Shown: piece after piece, positions 54,171-64,000 of the stretch | Numbering within the stretch: position 1 is the first letter of the stretch | Layout: every line of letters begins with the position of its first letter | Source of the DNA: an uncultured cyanobacterium | Lineage (GTDB): Bacteria > Cyanobacteriota > Cyanobacteriia > Cyanobacteriales > Nostocaceae | Length of the DNA stretch: 64,000 nt | Assembly: GCA_963740315.1 (NCBI GenBank) | Contig: CAVUDP010000002.1 | Coordinates: forward strand, 1,088,001-1,152,000 | Direction of reading: 5' to 3' | The notes under the pieces: model-generated | Databases searched by the model: none | Seen by the model: the letters and a program-made list of their open reading frames with translations, nothing else | Told to the model about the DNA's origin: nothing | Translations under genes and position numbers: made by a program

Positions 54171-54580
54171 GGGGGGATGGGGGGATGGGGTTCGGGGGAG
54201 ATGGGGGGATGGGGTTCGGGGTAGAGGGGGTAGAGGGGGGAGAGGGGGTAGAGGGGGGAGAGGGGGGAAGACAAGAATAAATTTGAAATATAGTCGTTTC
54301 AATTCATTTTTGTAGTGCGAGCATCTTGCTCGCTCGTGACGCTAGCGAGCAAGATGCTCGCACTACTCCTAACTCCTAATTCCTAATTCCTAACTCAACG
54401 CCGGTTACTGAGCAGTTCGACGTAGCTCACTGTAAGACTTGTCGAAGTACTCCTAACTCAACGCCGGTTACTGAGCAGTTCGACGTAGCTCACTGTAAGA
54501 CTTGTCGAAGTACTCCTAACTCCTAACTCATAACTCCGGTAGTCCTAACTATCCCCAATGCCCAATCCCCACTTTAGTGA
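54171..54580. repeat. Compound repeat region: G-rich 9-mers, GTAG REP doublet, STRR heptamers and a 63-bp tandem duplication (54388-54513)
   Basis: Read directly. Confidence 0.9.
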
Positions 54581-54650
54581 TTAAAAGCTTATGTAAACTA
54601 ATCCTTCACCTGTACAATCAACCGCAGGAGTGTAAAAGGGGAGGGGTGTT

Positions 54651-55934
54651 GTGTCACTCAAATCATCACCGCAACTGCGACGCGAATTAGGGGTTGTAGG
54701 GGCAACTGTGATGGGGCTTGGTTCGATTATCGGTACTGGGGTTTTTGTCAGTATTGGTATTGCTGCTGATATTGCTGGTAATGCGGTAATTTTAGCTGTA
54801 ATTATTGGTGCTTTGGTTGCTACCTGTAACGGACTCAACAGCGCCCAACTTGCTGCGAATCATCCTGTAAGTGGTGGTTCTTACGAATACGGTTATAAAT
54901 ATCTAAATTCTTGGTTGGGATTTACCGCTGGATGGATGTTTTTGTTAGCTAAATCTGCTTCTGCGGCTACGGCTGCTTTGGGTTTTGCTAGCTATTTTTT
55001 GAATGCAACGGGTTTAAATGGAAGCGGTTTACTCGTACCTTTGGCATTAGCTGCTGTATTTATAATTACGGCTATTGTGTTAAATGGTATTCGCCGTTCT
55101 AATCGAGTAAATATTGCAATTGTATCTATTTCAGTTTTTAGTTTAATTTTCTTTGTATTTGGGGGAATTCCTACAGCGATCGCATCTGCCAGTAAAAATC
55201 TCACGCCGAATAACGCTTCGACTGCTAATTTGCTTCATGCTAGCGCTTTGATGTTTGTGGCTTATACGGGTTATGGACGAATTGCGACTCTGGGGGAAGA
55301 AGCCAAGGAGCCGCGTAAAACTATTCCTAAAGCGATTATTGTCACGATGATAGTGACAATGCTAATTTACGTCGGAGTCGCGGCGATCGCTGTGGCGGCT
55401 ATAGGGGCAGAAAAGCTTGGTGAATCGGCTGTCACGGGGCAAGCTGCACCTTTAGAAGTGGCAGTGCGTAGCTTTGGCATTCCGGGGGGAGCGCAAATCT
55501 TGGCAATTGGCGCAATTTTCGCGATGCTGGGAGTATTGCTGAATTTAATTTTAGGTTTATCCCGCGTATTATTGGCGATGGGTAGAAGACGAGATATGCC
55601 GAGTATTTTTGCAAGATTAAATACTACTGGTACAACTCCAACGCCTGCTGTAATTGCGGTAAGTACGATAATTTCTGTTTTAGTTTTAATCGGCAACGTT
55701 AAAACTACCTGGTCTTTTAGTGCTTTTACAGTTCTGATTTATTACGCAGTTACTAATTTAGCTGCATTTTCTTTACCGCGTCACGAAAGACTTTATCCTA
55801 AATGGCTGTCAATTATTGGCTTATCAGCCTGTATATTTCTAGCTTTCTGGGTTGAACCTTTTATCTGGCAAGTAGGTTTAGCGCTGATTTTTGCAGGATT
55901 AATTTGGCACGCCGTTGCGAGGATGAAGAGTTAA
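54651..55934 (+). CDS. APC-superfamily amino acid permease
   Basis: LRRELG, GSIIGTGVF, P.SGGSY.Y and FVAYTGY....TLGEE.KEP; about 12 TM segments. Confidence 0.93.
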   Translation: MSLKSSPQLRRELGVVGATVMGLGSIIGTGVFVSIGIAADIAGNAVILAVIIGALVATCNGLNSAQLAANHPVSGGSYEYGYKYLNSWLGFTAGWMFLLAKSASAATAALGFASYFLNATGLNGSGLLVPLALAAVFIITAIVLNGIRRSNRVNIAIVSISVFSLIFFVFGGIPTAIASASKNLTPNNASTANLLHASALMFVAYTGYGRIATLGEEAKEPRKTIPKAIIVTMIVTMLIYVGVAAIAVAAIGAEKLGESAVTGQAAPLEVAVRSFGIPGGAQILAIGAIFAMLGVLLNLILGLSRVLLAMGRRRDMPSIFARLNTTGTTPTPAVIAVSTIISVLVLIGNVKTTWSFSAFTVLIYYAVTNLAAFSLPRHERLYPKWLSIIGLSACIFLAFWVEPFIWQVGLALIFAGLIWHAVARMKS

Positions 55935-55951
55935 GAGTTAGGAGTTAAAAA

Positions 55952-55980
55952 TGTAGAGACGTAGCACTGCTACGTCTCTA
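55952..55980. repeat. GTAGAGACG...CGTCTCTA palindrome (REP-like, possible terminator); relative at 4979-5004
   Basis: Hairpins between convergent gene pairs. Confidence 0.7.
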
Positions 55981-56034
55981 TAATGTAATGCACAAATCGA
56001 CTCTACCGAATCAATCTAAAATCGGTGAATTAAT

Positions 56035-57420
56035 TTAGCGTCCAACACCAATGTATTGGAATCCAGCCCTAATGGTTGCTTCTGGATCTAAGAAGTTACG
56101 ACCATCTATAATCACGGGATGGTTCATCAATTTAGCCATTTTCGCGAAATCGAGACTGTTGAACTGTTCCCATTCGGTAACGAGTACCAAAGCATCGCAG
56201 CCATCAGCAAGTCTTTCTGCGTCGGTTTCTACCTGTACGCCAGTAAGACCGTGACGCATACCGGATTGTGAAATAATTGGATCGTATGCCTTTACTTTTG
56301 CTCCCAATCGATTCAGTTGCTCGATTAAATTCAACGCTGGTGCATCGCGCATATCGTCGGTGTCAGGCTTAAAGGTTAAACCAAGCAAACCTACAGTTTT
56401 ACCTTTAAGAATCTTTAAGGCTTGCTGGAGTTTTTCCATTGCAATCAAACGCTGACGTTCGTTAACGCTGATTGTAGCTTTGAGTAACTGCGCTTCGTAG
56501 CCGTAGTCATCTGCGGTGTGAACCAATGCCGATACGTCTTTGGGGAAACAAGAACCACCCCAACCAATACCGGCGTTTAAGAACTTGTTACCGATCCGGG
56601 AATCTAAACCGATACCTTTGGCAACTTGGGTTACATCAGCACCAACGCGATCGCAAATGTTAGCAACTTCGTTAATAAAGCTAATTTTGGTTGCTAAGAA
56701 TGCGTTTGCGGCATATTTAACCATCTCAGCGGAAGATAAATCTGTGGATAATACGGGTACTTGAGGTAAGGATTTATCTTCTGCGTACTGACGTTCGACA
56801 ATCGGAGTATACAGTTCTTTCATCATCGAAAGAGCTTTCTGAGAGTTACCTCCCAAAACAATGCGATCGGGATTGAAAGTATCGTAAATTGCCGAACCTT
56901 CGCGCAAAAACTCAGGGTTACTAACTACATCAAAATCACCAGTGGGCAACTTATCTTCATTCGGTGCCCCACCTGCGGGTACTAATTCCTTTTGACGTTC
57001 GGCAATTCCATCGAGAACGATCATCCGTACCCAATCTCCGGAACCAATGGGTACTGTAGATTTGTTAACAATAACTTTGTAACCGCCGTTTAAGTGACTG
57101 CCGATACCTTTTGCAACCGCTTCCACATAACGAGTATCGCTTTCACCTGTAGGTAAAGGTGGAGTTCCTACAGCAATAAAGAGAATTTCCCCGTGAGCAA
57201 CTCCCGCACCCAAATCGCTGGAAAACTGAATTTTCCCAGTTTTAATGGCATTTTGCATAATTTCCGAAAGTCCCGGCTCAAAAATTGGCGATTGCCCGGA
57301 CTTCATCAATTTAACTTTTTCTTCGTTATTGTCTATACAAATTACATCATGCCCGATGTGAGCCAAACAAGCACCTGTTACCAAACCAACATAACCAGTA
57401 CCAATTACGCAAACTCGCAT
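56035..57420 (-). CDS. ugd: UDP-glucose 6-dehydrogenase
   Basis: GTGYVGL, NKSTVP.G, NPEFLREG, GWGGSCFPKD and FKPDTDDMR. Confidence 0.96.
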   Translation of the reverse strand: MRVCVIGTGYVGLVTGACLAHIGHDVICIDNNEEKVKLMKSGQSPIFEPGLSEIMQNAIKTGKIQFSSDLGAGVAHGEILFIAVGTPPLPTGESDTRYVEAVAKGIGSHLNGGYKVIVNKSTVPIGSGDWVRMIVLDGIAERQKELVPAGGAPNEDKLPTGDFDVVSNPEFLREGSAIYDTFNPDRIVLGGNSQKALSMMKELYTPIVERQYAEDKSLPQVPVLSTDLSSAEMVKYAANAFLATKISFINEVANICDRVGADVTQVAKGIGLDSRIGNKFLNAGIGWGGSCFPKDVSALVHTADDYGYEAQLLKATISVNERQRLIAMEKLQQALKILKGKTVGLLGLTFKPDTDDMRDAPALNLIEQLNRLGAKVKAYDPIISQSGMRHGLTGVQVETDAERLADGCDALVLVTEWEQFNSLDFAKMAKLMNHPVIIDGRNFLDPEATIRAGFQYIGVGR

Positions 57421-57523
57421 TTTATCTAATTCCTCACTTTTTTGGAGTTATTTAACTTTTTAGTAGCCGATAGTCAAGAAGCCTGTGACTTATAGTCAAT
57501 TTTAAGCAGTTAGATTTGATTAC

Positions 57524-58483
57524 TTACTTGCTACTATTGACAACTGACTTTTCAGTAGTTGTTACCCGCTCTCGAAAATCTTCTATAGTCTGTTTTAACC
57601 CTTCTTGAAGAGGAATGGTAGGTTCCCAATTTAACAAAGTCCTTGCTTTGGTAATATCGGGGCGGCGGCGGCGGGGGTCATCGGAAGGTAATGGCTCAAA
57701 ATTAATTTCTACGTCTGGGTTAACCATATTTTGAACTGTTTGCGCCAATTGTAGAATGGTGTATTCATCCGGATTGCCCAAATTAATCGGACCAATATGC
57801 TCTCCATTCATCAAACGCATCAGTCCATCTACCAAGTTATCAACGTAGCAAAAACTACGAGTTTGCGAACCATCTCCGTAGACAGTTAAAGGAATACCTT
57901 GCAAAGCTTGAACTATAAAATTGCTAACTACCCGTCCGTCATGTTCAAACATCCTCGGACCGTAGGTGTTAAAAATACGAGCAACGCGAATATCAACATC
58001 ATTTTGTCTGTGATAGTCGAACATCAACGTTTCAGCAATCCGCTTACCTTCGTCATAGCAGGAACGAAGTCCAATCGGATTAACGCTACCCCTATAATCT
58101 TCCCTTTGGGGATGAACTTCTGGATCGCCGTAAACTTCACTAGTGGAAGCCAGTAAAATTCTTGCTTTGACGCGCTTAGCCAGCCCCAGCATATTCAGCG
58201 TACCCATCACATTGGTTTTAACTGTTTTTACGGGGTTGTATTGATAATGTACCGGGGAAGCAGGACAAGCCAAATGATAAATCTGTTCTACTTCTAACCT
58301 AATTGGTTCGGTGATATCGTGGCGAATGAGTTCAAAGTACGGATTACTCAACCATTTGACGATGTTCCGCTTATGTCCCGTGTAAAAATTATCTAAACAA
58401 ATAACTTCGTGCCCATCATTCATCAATCTATCGATCAGATGAGAACCAATAAACCCAGCTCCGCCCGTCACCAATATTTTCAT
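57524..58483 (-). CDS. UDP-glucuronate decarboxylase (UXS-like SDR)
   Basis: [31 protein letters not shown] and [10 protein letters not shown]. Confidence 0.94.
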   Translation of the reverse strand: MKILVTGGAGFIGSHLIDRLMNDGHEVICLDNFYTGHKRNIVKWLSNPYFELIRHDITEPIRLEVEQIYHLACPASPVHYQYNPVKTVKTNVMGTLNMLGLAKRVKARILLASTSEVYGDPEVHPQREDYRGSVNPIGLRSCYDEGKRIAETLMFDYHRQNDVDIRVARIFNTYGPRMFEHDGRVVSNFIVQALQGIPLTVYGDGSQTRSFCYVDNLVDGLMRLMNGEHIGPINLGNPDEYTILQLAQTVQNMVNPDVEINFEPLPSDDPRRRRPDITKARTLLNWEPTIPLQEGLKQTIEDFRERVTTTEKSVVNSSK

Positions 58484-58844
58484 AGTTGCCCAGTTAATTT
58501 CAAATATTTACGTTATTCGATTATGCTTGTCTTTAGGATACCCAGCCTGACAACAAAAATATAGTAAAAGTACGGATAATCCAAAATTTTTTTTGAATTC
58601 CCTTATTCTCCTCTACAAATAGAATCCTTCCGGTTATATATACGTTCTTTACAATTCCATTAGAAAAATAACAAAGATTGTGTAGTCACCGTGAAGTAAC
58701 GTGCCAAAATTTATCAAAAATTTAAGAAGTTGAAGTTACTGTAGGAGATTACATTTATGTTGAAGATTTAGGAAATAGGAAATATTAAAAGTTAGAAATT
58801 AGCAGCGAAGAGTTATAAGTGATTAATAATACAGACCCTTAACA

Positions 58845-59017
58845 TAACTGCTAACTGCTAACTGATAACTGATAACTGATAACTGATAACTGATAACTGA
58901 TAACTGATTACTGATAACTACTCACTGATAACTGCTCACTGCTCACTGCTAACTGATAACTGCTAACTGCTCACTGGTAACTGATAACTGCTCACTGATA
59001 ACTGCTCACTGGTAACT
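58845..59017. repeat. STRR tract (ACTGATA / ACTGCTC / ACTGCTA)n overlapping the 3' end of the antiporter gene
   Basis: Tandem heptamers read directly. Confidence 0.93.
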
Positions 59018-61124
59018 GATTGCTAGCAACACCAGCCTGTACGGTGGCATTATTGGTACGTTGTGGTGGTTCTCCGAGCATAATAATCGAACAAGTTAAT
59101 TGACTGGCTAACTGGGTTGTCACATCACTAATAGCCAATCCCCCAGGAATAGTACGATTGCGAGTAAAAGGTAGAACAACTAAGTCATATAGTCTGGCTG
59201 CTTGCAATATTGCTTGAGCCACATTTTCGTGAGCGATAATTTGAACTTCTGGTGGATTAGACAAACCGAGTTTAGAAATACATAGTGAAAGTTGCGATCG
59301 CCGCCAGGATATTTTATTGGAACTGGTGCGGCGATCGCATACGTTGAGTACGGTGACTTGTGCAAGATTTGCCGATGCGAGAATTTGAGCAAGCTGCACT
59401 GGCTGCAATATAGGTGCGGTTAAATTTTCGATCGGTACTAAGATGCGCTGAATTTTGGAAGGTGATTCAACCAGACGGGTTACGGCTACCGGACAGTGAG
59501 ATGCCCATAATACCCCATCAATGACGTTACCGAATAAACGCGCTTTGAATCCGGTGCGTTTACCCCAACCCATAACAATTAAGTTTGCCTTTTTTTCTCT
59601 AGCAGCCCGACTAATTCCTTGAGCAAAAGCGTCATCTATTCGTAATAATGGTTCTGCTTCTACATCAAGGAAGCGACTTAATGCTGTGGCTTTGTTCAAC
59701 AATCGTTCGCTTCTTCGCAGCGATTCTTCCAACTGGGGTGCATCCATGCTCGCAGCAGCAGTCGCAATTGCTAAGGGTATAATTTTGCCGTGGGCTTGAT
59801 TAGCTAATAATGCAGCCATTTCCATTAAATGCTGCTGGGTTTGTGGATTGTAAACGGGTACTAAGATGCTAAAAGGGCTGTCTATCTCGGAGCCAGATAT
59901 ATCTACTGTTTCTTGGTGTTTTGGTAATGAAGAATTGAAGGTAACAGCAACCCTATTCGTAATTATTGGTCCGATAAACGAAGTTACCAGGATCAAAACT
60001 ATGGCGCTATTTAATACGGATGGCGTTAGCAATTCTGCTTGATATCCTACCAAAGCCACACTTGAGGTAACAGCCACTTGAGGTACGCAGATCGACCACA
60101 TTGTTAATATTTCCCGCCAGTTGTAGCGGTAAATTAATTTTGCGAATAATGCTGCGATAAATTTGCTTGCGACTAAACCCAAAACAAGAAATAGCGTCAA
60201 ACTAACCAAACCCATGTTTTTTGCAAAGGCAGGTAAATCAAACTGAAAACCCAAGTCAACAAAGAAAATCGGAATGAATAAGACGCTACCTACAAACACA
60301 ATCTTTTGTTTGACTGCTCCTCCGATAACTTCATTGACTGCTAATCCAGCAAAAAAGGCTGCAATAACTATTTCTAACCCGATTAATTGAGCGCCTAAAG
60401 CCGCTAAAAATACTGCTAGCAGCACAAACAAAAACTGGTTTCCCTGATCCTCTCCGGATTTTCGCAGAAATTCTTTACCAAGCCAGTCAAAACCGACTAA
60501 GACAACCACGCAGTAAACAGTCAACCAACCCAAGAATGCAATAGTTTGCCAAATATTAAGCTCTTTTAAATGAATCGCGACGCATACAGCCAACATTAGC
60601 AACGCAGCAATATCTGTAAACACGCTTGCGCCAATGGTTACACCTACAGCTTCGTTATTCATCAATCCCAAACGATTAATAATGGGATATGCCAGCATCG
60701 TATAAGAAGCTATTATTGAGCCAATTAATATTGAACTTAACCAGTCAAATCCAAAAACTCTTCCGAGTAAAGTTCCCAGAATTAAAGGTATGCCAAAGGA
60801 AAAACTACCAAATCCTAAAGCGCGGTTTCGCCGACGGCGGAATTGCTCTAAGTCAACTTCCAAACCTGCGACGAACAGCAAATAAATCAAACCAATTTTT
60901 GATAGTAATTGCCAAACAGAATGGTCTGCCTGAAATAAATTCCAGCCGTTAGGACCAAGTAATATTCCTGATATTATTAAACCAATCAATCCCGGTAGTC
61001 TAAGTCGTTCAAATAAAATAGGTACGACTAAAATAACTACTAAAATTAGCAAGAAGGGAACGATTGATTCCTTTTCAAGAAGTTGACTGTATGGTAAGAC
61101 TATAATTCGCTCTAAAAGTACCAT
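58992..61124 (-). CDS. CPA2 cation:proton antiporter with C-terminal USP-like domains
   Basis: LLF.AGLE.D, FTDIAAL and FIPIFFV TM region; ILVPV.NP, LIVMGW and HCPVAV USP motifs. Confidence 0.9.
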   Translation of the reverse strand: MVLLERIIVLPYSQLLEKESIVPFLLILVVILVVPILFERLRLPGLIGLIISGILLGPNGWNLFQADHSVWQLLSKIGLIYLLFVAGLEVDLEQFRRRRNRALGFGSFSFGIPLILGTLLGRVFGFDWLSSILIGSIIASYTMLAYPIINRLGLMNNEAVGVTIGASVFTDIAALLMLAVCVAIHLKELNIWQTIAFLGWLTVYCVVVLVGFDWLGKEFLRKSGEDQGNQFLFVLLAVFLAALGAQLIGLEIVIAAFFAGLAVNEVIGGAVKQKIVFVGSVLFIPIFFVDLGFQFDLPAFAKNMGLVSLTLFLVLGLVASKFIAALFAKLIYRYNWREILTMWSICVPQVAVTSSVALVGYQAELLTPSVLNSAIVLILVTSFIGPIITNRVAVTFNSSLPKHQETVDISGSEIDSPFSILVPVYNPQTQQHLMEMAALLANQAHGKIIPLAIATAAASMDAPQLEESLRRSERLLNKATALSRFLDVEAEPLLRIDDAFAQGISRAAREKKANLIVMGWGKRTGFKARLFGNVIDGVLWASHCPVAVTRLVESPSKIQRILVPIENLTAPILQPVQLAQILASANLAQVTVLNVCDRRTSSNKISWRRSQLSLCISKLGLSNPPEVQIIAHENVAQAILQAARLYDLVVLPFTRNRTIPGGLAISDVTTQLASQLTCSIIMLGEPPQRTNNATVQAGVASNQLPVSSYQ

Positions 61125-61449
61125 ATTTATTGCTGACAATCCAAAAACGTGCTGGAGTTAGCTGGCGATCTTTTTCCACCACACAACCGGCTTTGTCTAC
61201 CGTGCAGGCAGATAGAAGTTAGATGTTGTTTGAATTTTTGTGTTTAAGCTACCCCAGGCAGGATGCGAACCTAACCCTTTCAAACCTTAGCTCCGCATCT
61301 AGATTTGGAGAAAATTCAGAAAATCTCACTTTCCCATGCATCCTTTTACGATCGATAAAACGAATTTAAATACAAATCTAAAAATAACTCTGAAAAAATT
61401 TAAAAAATGATACTTAGCATAACTTAAAAAGTTTCTTTAAATTAACTAC

Positions 61450-62094
61450 CTATGGATGGATTTGATTCAAAATGAATCGCAAGCGATCGTAGTCATCTTT
61501 AAGCACCACGCTTAAGTAACGTCCAGCTTCAACCAACCATTGTCGGTCAGCTTTACGTAACTTATATACATCCCTGATTGCTGCTGCACTCAAAGCTTCA
61601 ACTGGGGCACTATTAATTGAAAGCAGTGTTTGCAAAAAATCAAATTCTTCCGTAAATTTCAAGACTTCTTCTGCTTCGCATCGATGAACCGCTTGATGAA
61701 TTTGCGGCGGACGGGGTGGTAGATACTGGTAAATTTTCTTACCATCAGCCTGCTGCTCAAATCCGACAATTGCGGCACGAAATTCAGTTTTGAGCATGGC
61801 GAATATTTGGGGTTGCTCCTCTCGTAAATCTTGCAGCGATAAGCCTAAAGCTACAGGTCTATGTACGGAATCTATGGGCATGGTGGTTGCATGAAACACA
61901 ATTGCAAAGACTTTATTTGCTGATTCTTCGTCCACCGAACATACCCAACTACCGAAGGGAGGCATTGGTGGAAAGCTCAAGTCTTCCGGGTCCAGACACT
62001 GTGCCAAAAAGTCACAAGTAGAGGTTTCAATCACTTCGGCAAAGTGATTGGGATGACGATTGCTGTTACTAAACTGGGGTAAAGGAAGGCGCAT
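61450..62094 (-). CDS. HAS-barrel domain protein
   Basis: 'EVIETST..F.AQC..P.FGSWV', 'EQPQIF.ML.TEF' and 'YQYLPPRPPQIHQAV'. Confidence 0.75.
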   Translation of the reverse strand: MRLPLPQFSNSNRHPNHFAEVIETSTCDFLAQCLDPEDLSFPPMPPFGSWVCSVDEESANKVFAIVFHATTMPIDSVHRPVALGLSLQDLREEQPQIFAMLKTEFRAAIVGFEQQADGKKIYQYLPPRPPQIHQAVHRCEAEEVLKFTEEFDFLQTLLSINSAPVEALSAAAIRDVYKLRKADRQWLVEAGRYLSVVLKDDYDRLRFILNQIHP

Positions 62095-62191
62095 AAATAA
62101 AGGTTATGAGTTATGAGTGATGAATTATCAGTTAAAAAATAATAACAAATAAAACAAAACCCTTAACTCTTGACTCGTAACTAAGACAAAA

Positions 62192-62383
62192 TCATTTTTT
62201 ACGTCCTGCCGTAGGATCTACATCTTCTAACTCACTGAGTCTAAAAGTAATTAATTTATCCCAATTACCACCTTCAAATAGTACGGCAATCTTACCATCG
62301 GTGACTCGCTGCACAAGTCCAGTCATACGGTAGTAAGTATCTGCGGGGTTTTTAACGCGAACGGTTGCTCCAGGCAAAATCAT
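62192..62383 (-). CDS. ndhS: NDH-1 subunit S
   Basis: [15 protein letters not shown]...[25 protein letters not shown]. Confidence 0.93.
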   Translation of the reverse strand: MILPGATVRVKNPADTYYRMTGLVQRVTDGKIAVLFEGGNWDKLITFRLSELEDVDPTAGRKK

Positions 62384-62556
62384 GATTATTGCTCTTTAAA
62401 GTTTCTTTCTCAATTATCAATCAACAATTATCAATTATCCATTTTTAAAGTCGGGATAATCAGAAATCTATTATTTATTCACAAACAAAGCAGATCGCGA
62501 TCTCAACCGAAATCGATCGCGCTTTGAGCCGGTGATTGTCCATTGAAAACTGGTTA

Positions 62557-63876
62557 CTAATACTTATTAAAGATCCGAAAGTTCGCTACCGATTCAACTA
62601 ATCCAATGGCGATAAAGTTAGCCAACATAGCCGAACGTCCGTAACTCATAAATGGTAAAGGAATTCCTGCTACTGGTGCTAAACCTATGGTCATTCCAAT
62701 ATTAACAACCATCTGGAACACAATCATTGCCAAAACGCCAATTGCTAGTAACGAGCCAAAATTATCTTTAGCACTCAAAGCAACGTGCAATAACCTTTGA
62801 CAAATTAAACAAAATACGAGTAATAATCCCAAGCAGCCGATAAAACCAAATTGTTCGCCAACTGCTGAGAAAATAAAGTCGGTATGCTGTTCGGGAACAA
62901 AATTGAGTTGAGTCATCGGACCGTTAAACGGACCCCATCCAAACCATTTACCAGCGCCAATAGCGATACGAGATTGAATCAAGTGATAGCCGGTTCCCAA
63001 GGGATCTAGTTCGGGGTTGAGAAATGAGGTGATTCTACCTTTTTGATATTCTTTGAGTACATGATTCCAAGCGAAGATTCCTAACTCTCCACCCAACAGA
63101 TTTAAAGCTAACGCGCCGATACCACCTAAAGCAAATTTTTTCCCTGGAAGCGTAGTCCAGCCTATTAACCCCATAGTAATAGACCAAATCAAACCCAAAG
63201 GTGTAAAAAATATTCCTTCCGCTAACACGAACGGCTCGATCCAGGGCCAGGGTATGCTAAATAAAATCGCCGCTACTACTGGAGAAATTAACAGAATTAA
63301 CCAACCTGGATTAGCATTTGCCCAATACAGCATTGCTAATACGATCGCACCAAATACCAATGATGTTGCTAAGTCTGGCTGTAAGAATACCAATGCCCAA
63401 GGAACTGCCGCGATCGCCAAAGCTCTGAAAAAGTTAGGAAGACTCGAAGCCGTGCGTTTATGTAACAGCGCAGCCAGAGTAATAATTACCCCTACCTTGG
63501 CGAATTCTGACGGCTGTACGTTAAAGCCAAAAACATTAATCCACCGTTGTGCGCCTTTAGCACTAACACCTACTGCCATTACTGCTATCAGGCTGGCGTT
63601 AGTTAAGGCATAAGTAATCCAGTGCCAACGTTGCAGATTTTCATAGCGGCTGCGGGCTATAAATAACGATATTAAAAAACCAACACCTGCAATTAGTAAG
63701 TGCCACCACCAATCGCTTTTTCCTTGCTTGAATTCCGTACTGAGAATCATAAAGCCGCCAAACATACTGACGGCAATGGGCAGCAAAAACAGCAGTAAGT
63801 CTACTTGATGCCAGGGCTTAAATAAATGCTGCCAGGGATTTCTGTTTCGTGAGTAGCGTGACTTTTTTAGTAACAT
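62557..63876 (-). CDS. rodA: Rod shape-determining SEDS protein RodA
   Basis: GAQRW, QPSEFAK, LQPDL, GYHLIQS.IAIG, PEQHTDFIF and GIPLPFMSYG. Confidence 0.95.
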   Translation of the reverse strand: MLLKKSRYSRNRNPWQHLFKPWHQVDLLLFLLPIAVSMFGGFMILSTEFKQGKSDWWWHLLIAGVGFLISLFIARSRYENLQRWHWITYALTNASLIAVMAVGVSAKGAQRWINVFGFNVQPSEFAKVGVIITLAALLHKRTASSLPNFFRALAIAAVPWALVFLQPDLATSLVFGAIVLAMLYWANANPGWLILLISPVVAAILFSIPWPWIEPFVLAEGIFFTPLGLIWSITMGLIGWTTLPGKKFALGGIGALALNLLGGELGIFAWNHVLKEYQKGRITSFLNPELDPLGTGYHLIQSRIAIGAGKWFGWGPFNGPMTQLNFVPEQHTDFIFSAVGEQFGFIGCLGLLLVFCLICQRLLHVALSAKDNFGSLLAIGVLAMIVFQMVVNIGMTIGLAPVAGIPLPFMSYGRSAMLANFIAIGLVESVANFRIFNKY

Positions 63877-64000
63877 CGAGTCTTGTTGATAACTGAGCGA
63901 TTAAAATACTTGATAATTGCGTCTTTTTATCTTTATTCTCAGCACTGTGCCCGCTACCCAGACAGAAATTCCAATTATTTTTATGTCAGGGCGGCCACTG

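Noticed and set aside
54388..54513. CRISPR mini-array
   Set aside because: Two identical head-to-tail 63-bp units with no spacer diversity.

Overview
Chromosomal window of a filamentous, probably heterocyst-forming cyanobacterium (Nostocales-like). The inference rests on psaD, ndhS and ftrV, abundant HIP1 GCGATCGC sites and heptamer STRR tracts. Most of the window is core genome: thrS, psaD-trpE, purQS-zur, nfeD/SPFH, rplY-purA, add, mutL, cinA, ugd/uxs, a cation:proton antiporter, ndhS and rodA. Two AT-richer accessory blocks stand out. (1) At about 15.4-29.0 kb, between trpE and purQ, there are three Uma2 nucleases, a Ser/Thr kinase, a CHAT-STAND gene and a two-gene minus-strand module. That module encodes a 1008-aa protein whose C-terminal ~430 aa read as a divergent, catalytically dead MID-PIWI (Argonaute-like) region, followed by a ~1211-codon PD-(D/E)xK-like nuclease + SF2 helicase frame split by one in-frame TGA. 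It is a candidate DdmDE/PIWI-RE-analogous defence system. (2) At about 48.5-52.3 kb there is a bacterial ubiquitin-like conjugation operon: decayed E1, Ubl ending AGC, E2, JAB peptidase, half-degenerate RING-TPR-OB protein and inactive PIN-like protein. Four of its proteins share a short I-x-[WF]-x-[DE] motif. No rRNA, tRNA, CRISPR array or intact transposase was recognised. All family calls come from reading motifs by eye; no searches were run.
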